Assembly (NCBI GenBank): GCA_948473085.1
Contig: CAOKWH010000006.1
Location: forward strand, 6,034-70,033
Source of the DNA: an uncultured Clostridia bacterium
GTDB lineage: Bacteria > Bacillota > Clostridia > Oscillospirales > Ruminococcaceae
Reading direction: 5' to 3'
Length of the DNA stretch: 64,000 nucleotides
The translations under genes and the position numbers were made by a program. Positions within the stretch are counted from its first letter, which is position 1. Each line of letters opens with the position of its first letter. The notes under the pieces are model-generated. The model did not search any database, was not told where the DNA came from, and saw only the letters and a program-made list of their open reading frames with translations. This document shows, piece by piece, positions 27,655-35,652 of this stretch.

Positions 27655-28584
27655 TTACCGGTCGCAGGGGCAGCCATAGCCATCCGGCACACCATTTTCA
27701 GAGGCTGCCTGGGGGAAGAAGGAATCGGTTGGGAACTTAATCTTTTTAAACAGCTCGCAGGGGTCGCCAGTTACGGGCACTTCCGGCTCCTTGGTGGGGA
27801 TGCAGAAGTCGTAGGCAGGCATCAGCATCTGCACCCGGCGCTCCATCTGTACAATGATAAAGATACCAATGGTAATAAATACCTGCTTATCGGTATGGCA
27901 GCCGCCAAAGCTGGAACCACACTGGCAGCTGACATCCTGGGGGATGTTGCCGCAGTCGTTGGTGCAGCCGCAACCAGTGTTGCAGTTGTTGCAGCAGGGG
28001 TTGCAGCCACTGTTACAGCCATTGTTACAGCCGCAGCAGGGATTGCAGTTGCAGTTACAGTTGCAATTGCAGCTGCAGTCGCAATCCACCAGTCGGCTGC
28101 CCAAAGCGACAGGGGCGCTCACCTGCAGGCATACCCGGGGCATGCCGTTGTTCTGGTTGGTGCCATTTTGGTCGCTGCAGAACACCTTAACCTCGCCCTC
28201 GCTGCCGAACAGAATCATCTTTCGGGTAAAGGTGGTAACGCCAGTAACCGTCACACAGGACATGCCGGGCATCTGCACCTCAAATTTGGCCAGGAAGAAG
28301 AAGGTAATATCCACCGAATAGAAGCCCTTGTTAAACGGGATGGCCTCAACATCCATATAAACATTGCTGACCTCCACTTCCTTGAGCTTAATGCCGCAGG
28401 CGTTGTTAATCATCGGCTGTACTTCGTCCGAAAAGGTAACCTGCAAATCCTCCAGGCAGTTTTTGTCGCTGACACTGTCGTACACCCGGTTGGTGTCAAT
28501 ACAAACAGCCTCTTTGAAGTTGGCGCCAGGGGTAGTGGGAATTCTGGGACCGCAAACGGTACCGCGATATGTACTATTAGCCAT
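27655..28584 (-). CDS. Cys/Asn-rich protein with a (Cys-Asn)n low-complexity core, unknown family
   Basis: 309-aa ORF with AGGAGGA 8 nt upstream of the ATG and its own terminator. 21 Cys within residues 167-230 (DCDCSCNCNCNCNCNPCCGCNNGC...). Confidence 0.7.
   Translation of the reverse strand: MANSTYRGTVCGPRIPTTPGANFKEAVCIDTNRVYDSVSDKNCLEDLQVTFSDEVQPMINNACGIKLKEVEVSNVYMDVEAIPFNKGFYSVDITFFFLAKFEVQMPGMSCVTVTGVTTFTRKMILFGSEGEVKVFCSDQNGTNQNNGMPRVCLQVSAPVALGSRLVDCDCSCNCNCNCNCNPCCGCNNGCNSGCNPCCNNCNTGCGCTNDCGNIPQDVSCQCGSSFGGCHTDKQVFITIGIFIIVQMERRVQMLMPAYDFCIPTKEPEVPVTGDPCELFKKIKFPTDSFFPQAASENGVPDGYGCPCDR
28042..28086 (-). repeat. Imperfect hexanucleotide (TGY-AAY/GAY/AGC) tandem tract encoding DCDCSCNCNCNCNCN
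   Basis: The plus strand reads ATT GCA GTT GCA GTT ACA GTT GCA ATT GCA GCT GCA GTC GCA ATC, giving a 6-nt periodicity. Confidence 0.85.
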
Positions 28585-28708
28585 GTAAAAAATCCTCCTA
28601 ATATAATGTTTGGTTCAGCATTCGCCTTGCTTAATAACATAGTATGAAAGGAAGGATTTTCTGTTACAAAAATCTTATCTGCTCTTTTTGGTGCGGAAAA
28701 CAGGGATT

Positions 28709-31081
28709 TTACAGCTTTTTCAGCTTGGCAAAATTGGACATGATTTTTCTGGTGCCAACACTGTCAAACGCCACCTCCAACAGGCTGTCCCCGCCCATTG
28801 GCGTTACACCGGTAACCAGCCCTTCGCCAAATACCTTGTGATGCACCCGGTCCCCAGGGGCATACTGCACAGCCGGGGCGGACGGCCCGGCTGCTCCGGC
28901 CGAGAAGCCTCTGGCACTCTCCTTCTTCCTGGCCTTGGCCTCATCATACGCCCGTGAAACACCCCGGTCCCGGAAACGGCTGACCGTTTCGTCCACCACT
29001 TCGGTGAGCTCCTTTGGAATTTCACCCACAAAGCGGCTGACTGCATTCCGCCCGGTTTTACCAAACAACATGCGGGTGGCGGCGTTGGTGATATAAAGGC
29101 GCTTTTTGGCACGGGTAATGCCCACATAGGCCAGCCGGCGCTCCTCCTCCACCTCGTCTGGGAAGTACATGGACTGGCTGCCGGGGAAAATACCCTCCTC
29201 CATGCCGGCAATAAAGACATAGGGGTATTCCAGCCCTTTGGCCGAATGCAGGGTCATCATCACAACACTGTCATCGTTTTCATCATAGCTGTCCAGGTCG
29301 GTATACAGTGCCACTTCCTCCAAAAAGCCGGCCAGGCTGGGGTCCTCGGCACCATCCACATAGGCCATGATGTTGGATTTCAGCTCCCGGACATTTTCAA
29401 TTCTGGGCTGGCTCTCGGGCAGCTGGCTTTCCAGCATCTGCATATATCCGGTGGCTGAAAGCACCTCGTCAAACAGCAAATCCAGTTCGTTCTGCTCTGC
29501 CAGCTGGGCCAAGGAATCCATCATGGCAGCAAAGGCCATCAGCGGCTTTGCCTTTTTGGAGAGGGGGGCATATTCATCAGCTGTGCGCAGCACCTCCAGC
29601 ATGGGAACGCCCAACATTTCGGCTATCTCCCGGCAGGCGGCTACTGTGGCATCCCCAATGCCCCGTTTGGGCTCGTTGATAATCCGGGCCAGCCGGATGG
29701 TGTCATTGGGGTTGTTTATCACACTGAGATAGGACATGACATCCTTGATTTCCTTGCGCTCATAGAATTTAACACCGCTGATTACCCGGTAAGGCACACC
29801 GGCCCGCAGCAGTGCCTTTTCAATGGAGTTGGACTGGGCGTTCATCCGGTATAGGATAGCATGGTCGGAAAATTTTGCGCCATCAGCGGCATTTTCCATA
29901 ATGGTGTTGGCAATGAACAGGGCCTCCCCGCCCTCGTCATTAGCCCGGTATACCTTAACCGGCTGGCCCTCATCGTTCTCGGTCCACAAGGTTTTGCCCT
30001 TGCGCTGGGTGTTATTTTCTATTACTGCATTGGCCGCATCCAAAATGCGCTGGGTACAGCGATAGTTCTGTTCCAGACGGATGACCATAGCGCCCTCAAA
30101 CTGCTTTTCGAAGTTCATAATATTTTCGATATTGGCGCCACGGAATTTGTAGATACTCTGGTCGTCATCCCCCACCACGCAGATATTCCGATACCGGTCG
30201 GCCAGCAGGCTAATCAGCCGGTACTGGGCGTGGTTGGTGTCCTGGTATTCGTCCACCATAATATAGGTATAGCGGTTCTGGTACTTTTCCAAAATATCCG
30301 GGTTCTGCTCGAACAGCCGCACAGTCAGCACAATAATATCGTCAAAATCCACTGCGTTGGCACTGCGCAGCAGTTTCTGGTACTCCTCATATACCTTGGC
30401 CCCCACCTCTAACCGGAAGTTCCCGGGGTTTTCCGCCAGCATCTGGGTGGGGTTCTGGAGTTTATCCTTGGCCCGGCTAATCATCGAAAGCAGGCTGCGG
30501 GGGGTAAAGTTCTTCTCATCCACCTGCAGCGCCTTGCAAACCTCTTTAATCACCCGCAGGGAATCGTCTGTATCATAGATGGTAAAGTTGGAGTTGTACC
30601 CGATATTTTCAATCTCCCGGCGCAGGATGCGCACACAGGCCGAGTGGAAGGTTGCCGCCTGGATGTCCGCTGCCTGGGCGCCCACGGTATGCTCCAGACG
30701 GGTTTTCAGCTCCCCGGCTGCTTTGTTGGTAAAGGTGATGGCCAAAATCCGCCAGGGCTGCACCGGGTCCACAGCGCAGCAGTCCCGCAGGGTATCCAGG
30801 TCCACTTCCTCCCCTGCCAGATAGCTCTGAAGGCAGTCGGCGTGCTCCTCTGTAATAAAGCCGGGCACGAAGGTGCTCTCATACCCCTGGCCAAACATAA
30901 TCATGTTGGCAATGCGGTTGATAATCACTGTGGTTTTGCCACTGCCGGCACCGGCCAAAATGAGCACCGGCCCCCGGGTATGGAATACAGCCTGGCGCTG
31001 CATAGGGTTTATGTGGCTAAAATACTGTTCGATGGCAGCCCGGCGCAGAGCCAGGTACTGCTGGTAAAATTCATTTTCCAT
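28709..31081 (-). CDS. pcrA: ATP-dependent DNA helicase PcrA (UvrD family)
   Basis: AGAGSGKT Walker A, DEYQDT motif II and UvrD-type motifs throughout. C-terminal Tudor-like tail (GDRVHHKVFGEGLV). Confidence 0.9.
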   Translation of the reverse strand: MENEFYQQYLALRRAAIEQYFSHINPMQRQAVFHTRGPVLILAGAGSGKTTVIINRIANMIMFGQGYESTFVPGFITEEHADCLQSYLAGEEVDLDTLRDCCAVDPVQPWRILAITFTNKAAGELKTRLEHTVGAQAADIQAATFHSACVRILRREIENIGYNSNFTIYDTDDSLRVIKEVCKALQVDEKNFTPRSLLSMISRAKDKLQNPTQMLAENPGNFRLEVGAKVYEEYQKLLRSANAVDFDDIIVLTVRLFEQNPDILEKYQNRYTYIMVDEYQDTNHAQYRLISLLADRYRNICVVGDDDQSIYKFRGANIENIMNFEKQFEGAMVIRLEQNYRCTQRILDAANAVIENNTQRKGKTLWTENDEGQPVKVYRANDEGGEALFIANTIMENAADGAKFSDHAILYRMNAQSNSIEKALLRAGVPYRVISGVKFYERKEIKDVMSYLSVINNPNDTIRLARIINEPKRGIGDATVAACREIAEMLGVPMLEVLRTADEYAPLSKKAKPLMAFAAMMDSLAQLAEQNELDLLFDEVLSATGYMQMLESQLPESQPRIENVRELKSNIMAYVDGAEDPSLAGFLEEVALYTDLDSYDENDDSVVMMTLHSAKGLEYPYVFIAGMEEGIFPGSQSMYFPDEVEEERRLAYVGITRAKKRLYITNAATRMLFGKTGRNAVSRFVGEIPKELTEVVDETVSRFRDRGVSRAYDEAKARKKESARGFSAGAAGPSAPAVQYAPGDRVHHKVFGEGLVTGVTPMGGDSLLEVAFDSVGTRKIMSNFAKLKKL

Positions 31082-31251
31082 TCTTTTATATCCTCACTGT
31101 GCAAAATATCCGGCCGGCAGTACCTGCGGCCTCCTTGTGGGATTTACCTCCCACTCATAAAAACAACCCGTGCCTAATCAGGGTTTTATCCCATCCGTTG
31201 CCGCACCAAAACGGCAAGGGAAAGGCTTTTAAATTATTAGCTTATTTTTAT

Positions 31252-31283
31252 TATACCATTTCGGTGCAAGTACCGGAATGGTA
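31252..31283. repeat. Hairpin-forming palindrome H2
   Basis: TACCATTTCGGT-GCAAGT-ACCGGAATGGTA (12-bp stem, one G.U pair). Preceded by the TTATTATACCAT motif. Confidence 0.8.
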
Positions 31284-31341
31284 CAATTGGCCATCTTTTT
31301 CGGTTGCCGCCCCCGACGGCGAGGTTCTGCGCATAAATTGA

Positions 31342-31401
31342 GTATAATAACGACTTTGTCGTTATTATACCATATCGCCCGTTTCCGGGCGATATGGTAT
31401 T
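31342..31401. repeat. Two abutting perfect palindromes, H3 and H4
   Basis: GTATAATAACGAC-TTT-GTCGTTATTATAC (13-bp arms), sharing ATAC with ATACCATATCGCCCG-TTTC-CGGGCGATATGGTAT (15-bp arms). Confidence 0.9.
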
Positions 31402-31555
31402 CCGCTGCGGCGGGGTATCCGTTCGCTTACGCTCCCTCTCATGTGGTAGAGAACTCTCCCCCACAAACGCCCCCCTCCTTTCAGGGGTACTCTATACTTT
31501 GGTTGTTATGATGCCACAGGCGCAAAGCGCCGCCCGGGTATATTTTAGATAGTCA

Positions 31556-31586
31556 GTATAATAACGCTTTTATCGTTATTATACCA
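31556..31586. repeat. Palindrome H5, a second copy of the GTATAATAACG...CGTTATTATACCAT unit
   Basis: GTATAATAACG-CTTTTAT-CGTTATTATAC followed by CAT. A direct repeat of the unit at 31342-31373, about 214 bp away. Confidence 0.85.
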
Positions 31587-31693
31587 TCTTTTCCTGGTTT
31601 TGGACAGTGTGAGCGGGGAGGGAATTTTACCGGCCAGAGTTTAATATGGTGTTTTTGTAGCAGAAAAGTATTTTTGGAGGATGCCAAAAAGCA

Positions 31694-31722
31694 TTGTCAT
31701 TTTTTGTCGCCAATGATAAAAT
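31694..31722 (+). promoter_or_regulatory. Candidate sigma-A promoter for the MscS-family gene
   Basis: TTGTCA-17 nt-TAAAAT, about 40 nt upstream of ATG 31763. Confidence 0.45.
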
Positions 31723-31762
31723 ACTTTACAGGATTATAAAATGAAAATGGAGGTTTTCCACT

Positions 31763-32584
31763 ATGTCCGACTTTACAGCTGTAGCTGCTGCTACAGCAAC
31801 CTACACCTGGCTGAGTTCCCTGCTGCTCAAAGCTGTGAATGCTGCCATTGTGGCCGGCCTGGGCTGGCTGCTGATACGATTTTTACTGAACATGCTGGCC
31901 AAGTTCTTAAAACGCACCAAGATTGACCCCATTCTGCACAGGGTAATCCTCTCGATTTCCAAAATCGGCATGATGGTGCTGCTGGCCATCTCGGTGGTGG
32001 ATCTGCTGGGCATTCCCACCACTTCCATCATCACCTCGCTGGGTGCTGTTGGGCTGGCCCTCTCCTTAGCTGTCAAGGATTCCATCAGCAGCCTGGCAGG
32101 CGGCGTAATCATCCTGCTTATCAAGCCTTTTTCACTGGGGGACTATGTGGAACTGGATGGAACAGGCGGCACCGTCCGGGAAATTGGGCTGTTTAACACC
32201 ATGCTCACCACAACCGATAATAAGCGTGTCTACATCCCCAACGATGCTGTTTCAAAAGCCAAAATTGTCAACTTCTCTGCCGAGGAGAACCGGCGGCTGG
32301 ATATTCTGTTCACCATCGGCTATAATGACGACTATTTCAAGGCCAAAGCCCTGATTGAGCAGGTGATTGCCAACGCCCCTTTGGCCCTGAAGGAACCGCA
32401 GCCGCTGGTGCGCATGTCCGGCCACGGCGCCAGTTCCATCGAAATTACCTGCCGCTTGTGGGTAAAAAACGAGGATTATTTTGAGATGAACTACTATATG
32501 CACGAGCAGGTTAAGAAAGCCTTTGATGAAAATGGTATCTCCATCCCCTTTAACCAGCTGGATGTGCATATTACACAGAATTAG
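31763..32584 (+). CDS. Small-conductance mechanosensitive channel (MscS family)
   Basis: Three N-terminal TM helices followed by an MscS beta-domain signature (PFSLGDYVELDGTGGTVREIGLFNT). Confidence 0.85.
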   Translation: MSDFTAVAAATATYTWLSSLLLKAVNAAIVAGLGWLLIRFLLNMLAKFLKRTKIDPILHRVILSISKIGMMVLLAISVVDLLGIPTTSIITSLGAVGLALSLAVKDSISSLAGGVIILLIKPFSLGDYVELDGTGGTVREIGLFNTMLTTTDNKRVYIPNDAVSKAKIVNFSAEENRRLDILFTIGYNDDYFKAKALIEQVIANAPLALKEPQPLVRMSGHGASSIEITCRLWVKNEDYFEMNYYMHEQVKKAFDENGISIPFNQLDVHITQN

Positions 32585-32591
32585 AATGAAC

Positions 32592-32621
32592 AAAAAGACG
32601 CCTTAGCCGGCGTCTTTTTTA
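32592..32621 (+). terminator. Intrinsic terminator after the MscS gene
   Basis: AAAAGACGCC-TTAGCC-GGCGTCTTTTTT. Confidence 0.8.
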
Positions 32622-32684
32622 ACTATCATACAATTTGAAGAAGTAAAAACAGCACAAAGGGGAAGAAATTCATAGATAATATGA

Positions 32685-33050
32685 CAAAATTCGACAAAAA
32701 AAGAACCATGCGCCACAAATAGCGGGGACTTTAAGCAGTTATTTGGGTAAAATAGGGCTGGATATTATTTCTTTCTTTGTATTTTAAAGGAGTTGTGCCG
32801 GATGACACCCACGAACCAAAGAAAACCTTCCCGGCCCTGCAAATCCATCTACGGGCGGCTGAGAAAAACAACCAGCTATTCCCAGGAACAGGCGGCGGAA
32901 CTGCTGGATTTGGGCCTGCGTACCTTGCAGGCCTATGAGGAGGGGCAGCGCCACCCCAGCCTTATCACTGCTGTACAGATGGCCCGGCTCTACGGCTGTT
33001 CCCTCTCGGATTTTGAGGAAGAAATTTCTGCCCTTTTGGACAGCCGGGAG
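32685..33050. repeat. Right arm of the 366-bp inverted repeat
   Basis: Reverse complement of 27161-27526 with 2 mismatches. Confidence 0.95.
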
Positions 33051-33059
33051 AAGGAGTAA
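32802..33059 (+). CDS. XRE-family helix-turn-helix regulator, copy 2
   Basis: Same 85-aa product as copy 1 except the C-terminus (REKE vs REEE). AAAGGAG 9 nt upstream of the ATG. Confidence 0.75.
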   Translation: MTPTNQRKPSRPCKSIYGRLRKTTSYSQEQAAELLDLGLRTLQAYEEGQRHPSLITAVQMARLYGCSLSDFEEEISALLDSREKE

Positions 33060-33084
33060 ACGGAAAGGCCGGGCCCTGGGCTGA

Positions 33085-33684
33085 TTACAGGTTCCTTTCT
33101 TCCCGAATATGCAGGGAGCACTGGAAGAGTTCCGTACACGATAAAATAAGATGGATCTGTGCCTTGGCCAGGTTGTGGCAGCTAAAGCTGAGCAATTGAT
33201 GCTCCCGCTGTACATCGGTTTCCCGGCCATATTCAAAAATCCAAAAATGGGTATCGGACCAGTATGTTGCCTGATCCAGGCAATCGAAGCGCCAGCTTTT
33301 TCCTTCCGCTCCCGCTTGTACATTCTCCTGCCAGCCGGAAAACTCTGCCCGGATATGATGGAGGATTTCTTCCAGCGGCAGTGGTTCCACTGCCTCCAGT
33401 GTCCCTTTTCCCAGGCGATACTGCTCATAGACTGCTTGATCGTCCATCGTAACGCCGGGCTTCATGTTCCAAAAGACAAGGTTTTCTTCATGGACAGGCG
33501 GATAGATTCCATGGAACATCAAATAGGCCGTCTCCGCCAACGAATGGTGGCTCCAGTATTCACAACAGGATAGCTGTAGTTCCTCTGCGTCCCAGTCCAT
33601 CCCCGTCAGCTGCTGCATCCTGTTTGTTTCTTCCTCCGATGGCAGGTCATAATAATCGGCAATTCGGTTGATAAGTTCCTTCAC
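33085..33684 (-). CDS. Hypothetical 199-aa protein
   Basis: Long ORF convergent with XRE copy 2. No family recognised. RBS context is weak (GGAGTAGGTGAAGG upstream). Confidence 0.45.
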   Translation of the reverse strand: MKELINRIADYYDLPSEEETNRMQQLTGMDWDAEELQLSCCEYWSHHSLAETAYLMFHGIYPPVHEENLVFWNMKPGVTMDDQAVYEQYRLGKGTLEAVEPLPLEEILHHIRAEFSGWQENVQAGAEGKSWRFDCLDQATYWSDTHFWIFEYGRETDVQREHQLLSFSCHNLAKAQIHLILSCTELFQCSLHIREERNL

Positions 33685-33895
33685 CTACTCCAAATTTTTG
33701 CCTTCCATACACATCCTTCTGTTGGCCTCTGTTTCGTTTATTATACTACGCCTGCAAGAGGTATTCAACTTTGCGGGGTCTGTACTAAAAATGGGATGGG
33801 GCCTGTTTGCATAGCTCTAAATAGAAGTCTATAGAATACTGTTTTAACCAAGAAAAATCCAGGATTTTCCAGGATTTTTTTTTATTTAATCTGGT

Positions 33896-33927
33896 ATCTG
33901 GTGAATTTACGCATATTATGCTATAAT
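33896..33927 (+). promoter_or_regulatory. Candidate extended -10 promoter for thyX
   Basis: TGCTATAAT (33919-33927) with a weak -35 (GGTGAA). Confidence 0.4.
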
Positions 33928-34051
33928 AGCAACAATGTTTTATGTTTGGGGTAAAAAATAAAACGGTTTAGTCTACAAATTTTTCACTTTTTCTATAAGA
34001 TAGCCGATATTTCATCGGTTATTTTTAGCGCAATTTAAGGAGGAAGCCCGC

Positions 34052-34840
34052 ATGGCAAAGGTTACTTTAATTACACACACTCCCAATCCGGAAATGATTA
34101 TTGCGGCTGCGGCCAAGCTGTGTTATAGCTCCTCCTCCATTGATACGCTCATGGACAAGCTCACCGAGGAAAAAGCGGCCGAGTTTGTGGAAATGCTGGC
34201 TGGTATGGGCCACCAAAGCCCCATTGAGCATGTCAGCTTTACCTTTGGTATTGAGGGGGTGTCCCGATCGCTGCTGGCCCAGATTACCCGGCACCGCATT
34301 GCCTCCTTTAGTGTGCAAAGCCAGCGCTATGTGCGGGAAAAAGCCTTCTCCTTTGTAACGCCGCCGGAGATTGAGGCCGATGCCCAGGCCAAAGCCCTGT
34401 TTTTGGAGGCCATGGACCATGCTATAGCTTCCTACGATGCCCTGGCCGACCTGCTCAAGGAAAAGCATACTGCCACCCTGTTGTCCCAGGGGGTGGAGGA
34501 GAAAGCTGCCCGGCGCCAAGCGGAAAAAATGGCCATAGAGGACGCCCGTTTTGTGCTGCCCAATGCGGCGGATACCAATATGATTGTCAGCATGAACGCC
34601 CGGGAACTGCTGCACTTTTTCCGGCAGCGGTGCTGCAACCGGGCGCAGTGGGAGATTCGGGCAGTAGCCCGGGAGATGCTGCGGCTGGTTGCCCAGGTGG
34701 CGCCCACCCTGTTTGTAGCCGCCGGCCCTGCCTGTGTCAGCGGACCCTGCCCGGAGGGCAGGATGAGCTGCGGCCGTATGGAGGAGGTACGGGAGGAATA
34801 CCGCCGGTTAAAGGAGGAACTGCGCCATGCTGTGGAATAG
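34052..34840 (+). CDS. thyX: FAD-dependent thymidylate synthase ThyX
   Basis: ThyX signature RHRIASFSVQSQRY. AAGGAGGA RBS. Confidence 0.9.
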   Translation: MAKVTLITHTPNPEMIIAAAAKLCYSSSSIDTLMDKLTEEKAAEFVEMLAGMGHQSPIEHVSFTFGIEGVSRSLLAQITRHRIASFSVQSQRYVREKAFSFVTPPEIEADAQAKALFLEAMDHAIASYDALADLLKEKHTATLLSQGVEEKAARRQAEKMAIEDARFVLPNAADTNMIVSMNARELLHFFRQRCCNRAQWEIRAVAREMLRLVAQVAPTLFVAAGPACVSGPCPEGRMSCGRMEEVREEYRRLKEELRHAVE

Positions 34841-35507
34841 TGATGCCGGCCGCCTGGTGGTAATCGAGGGGCTGGATGGCAGCGGCAAAGCAACCCAGTC
34901 CGACCTGCTGGTGCAGGCGCTAAAGGCACAGGGACAACTGGTGCGCAAAATTTCTTTTCCAGACTATGCCCATAAGTCCTCCATCCCGGTGCAGATGTAT
35001 CTGTCTGGGGAGGTTGGCAGCCTGGACGAGGTGAATGCCTTTGCGGCCTCCTCATTTTACAGTATCGACCGGTATATCTCCTATCAGACCGATTGGGGCC
35101 AGGATTATCGGGAGAAAAATCTGATTGTGGCGGACCGCTATACCACCTCCAATGCCTGCCACCAGATGGTCAAGCTGCCCCGAGAGGAGTGGGACGCCTA
35201 TCTGGACTGGCTGGCGGATTTTGAATACCATAAAATGGGCTTGCCGGCCCCGAATTTGGTGATTTACCTGGATATGGACCCCAACACCTCCCGGCGGCTG
35301 CTGCAAAAACGCTATGACAACGGCGCCAGGGCCGATATTCATGAGGAAAACCTGCGCTATCTGCAAACATGCCGGATTGCCGCCCTCTATGCGGCGGAGC
35401 ACTGGGCTTGGCAGGTGATACGCTGCTGTGATGGCAGCGACCCCTATCCGCCGGAGAGTATCCATCGCCAGGTGTTGCAGGCGGTGCAGTGCCAGCTTGG
35501 GCAGTGA
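34827..35507 (+). CDS. tmk: dTMP (thymidylate) kinase
   Basis: P-loop EGLDGSGKATQ and DRYTTSN motif. Overlaps thyX by 14 nt. Confidence 0.8.
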   Translation: MLWNSDAGRLVVIEGLDGSGKATQSDLLVQALKAQGQLVRKISFPDYAHKSSIPVQMYLSGEVGSLDEVNAFAASSFYSIDRYISYQTDWGQDYREKNLIVADRYTTSNACHQMVKLPREEWDAYLDWLADFEYHKMGLPAPNLVIYLDMDPNTSRRLLQKRYDNGARADIHEENLRYLQTCRIAALYAAEHWAWQVIRCCDGSDPYPPESIHRQVLQAVQCQLGQ

Positions 35508-35652
35508 GGCGAAATCTGTCCAAATTTGTCCACTTTTTTGTTCTGTGGGTAGACAAAAAATATTTGGTTATAGTATACTATTGAAGATATAGATAGCGGG
35601 AGCGCTTTGTTAAATAGGCAGAAGGCCGGCAGTGTTGTGGAGGTGAGCGGTG

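Noticed and set aside
27895-28086. Possible CRISPR-like or other non-coding repeat array
   Set aside because: The period is only 6 nt, there are no spacers, and the tract is in frame inside a well-supported CDS.
27493-28647. 384-aa plus-strand ORF opposite the Cys/Asn-rich gene
   Set aside because: Its Ala/Val-rich repeats are simply the antisense reading of the TGC/AAC tract. It has no RBS. The minus-strand ORF has AGGAGGA plus an ATG and a matching terminator.
27161-33050. Interpreting the inverted repeats as ends of an IS element or composite transposon, or as a site-specific invertase switch
   Set aside because: No transposase, integrase or invertase ORF lies in or near the segment. The arms are whole regulator genes rather than short terminal repeats. 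The cargo is housekeeping-like (pcrA, mscS).
34002-34026. Hairpin plus T-tract just upstream of the thyX RBS, considered as an attenuator
   Set aside because: The stem is only 5-7 bp with a mismatch, and no alternative antiterminator structure is evident. Too weak to call.
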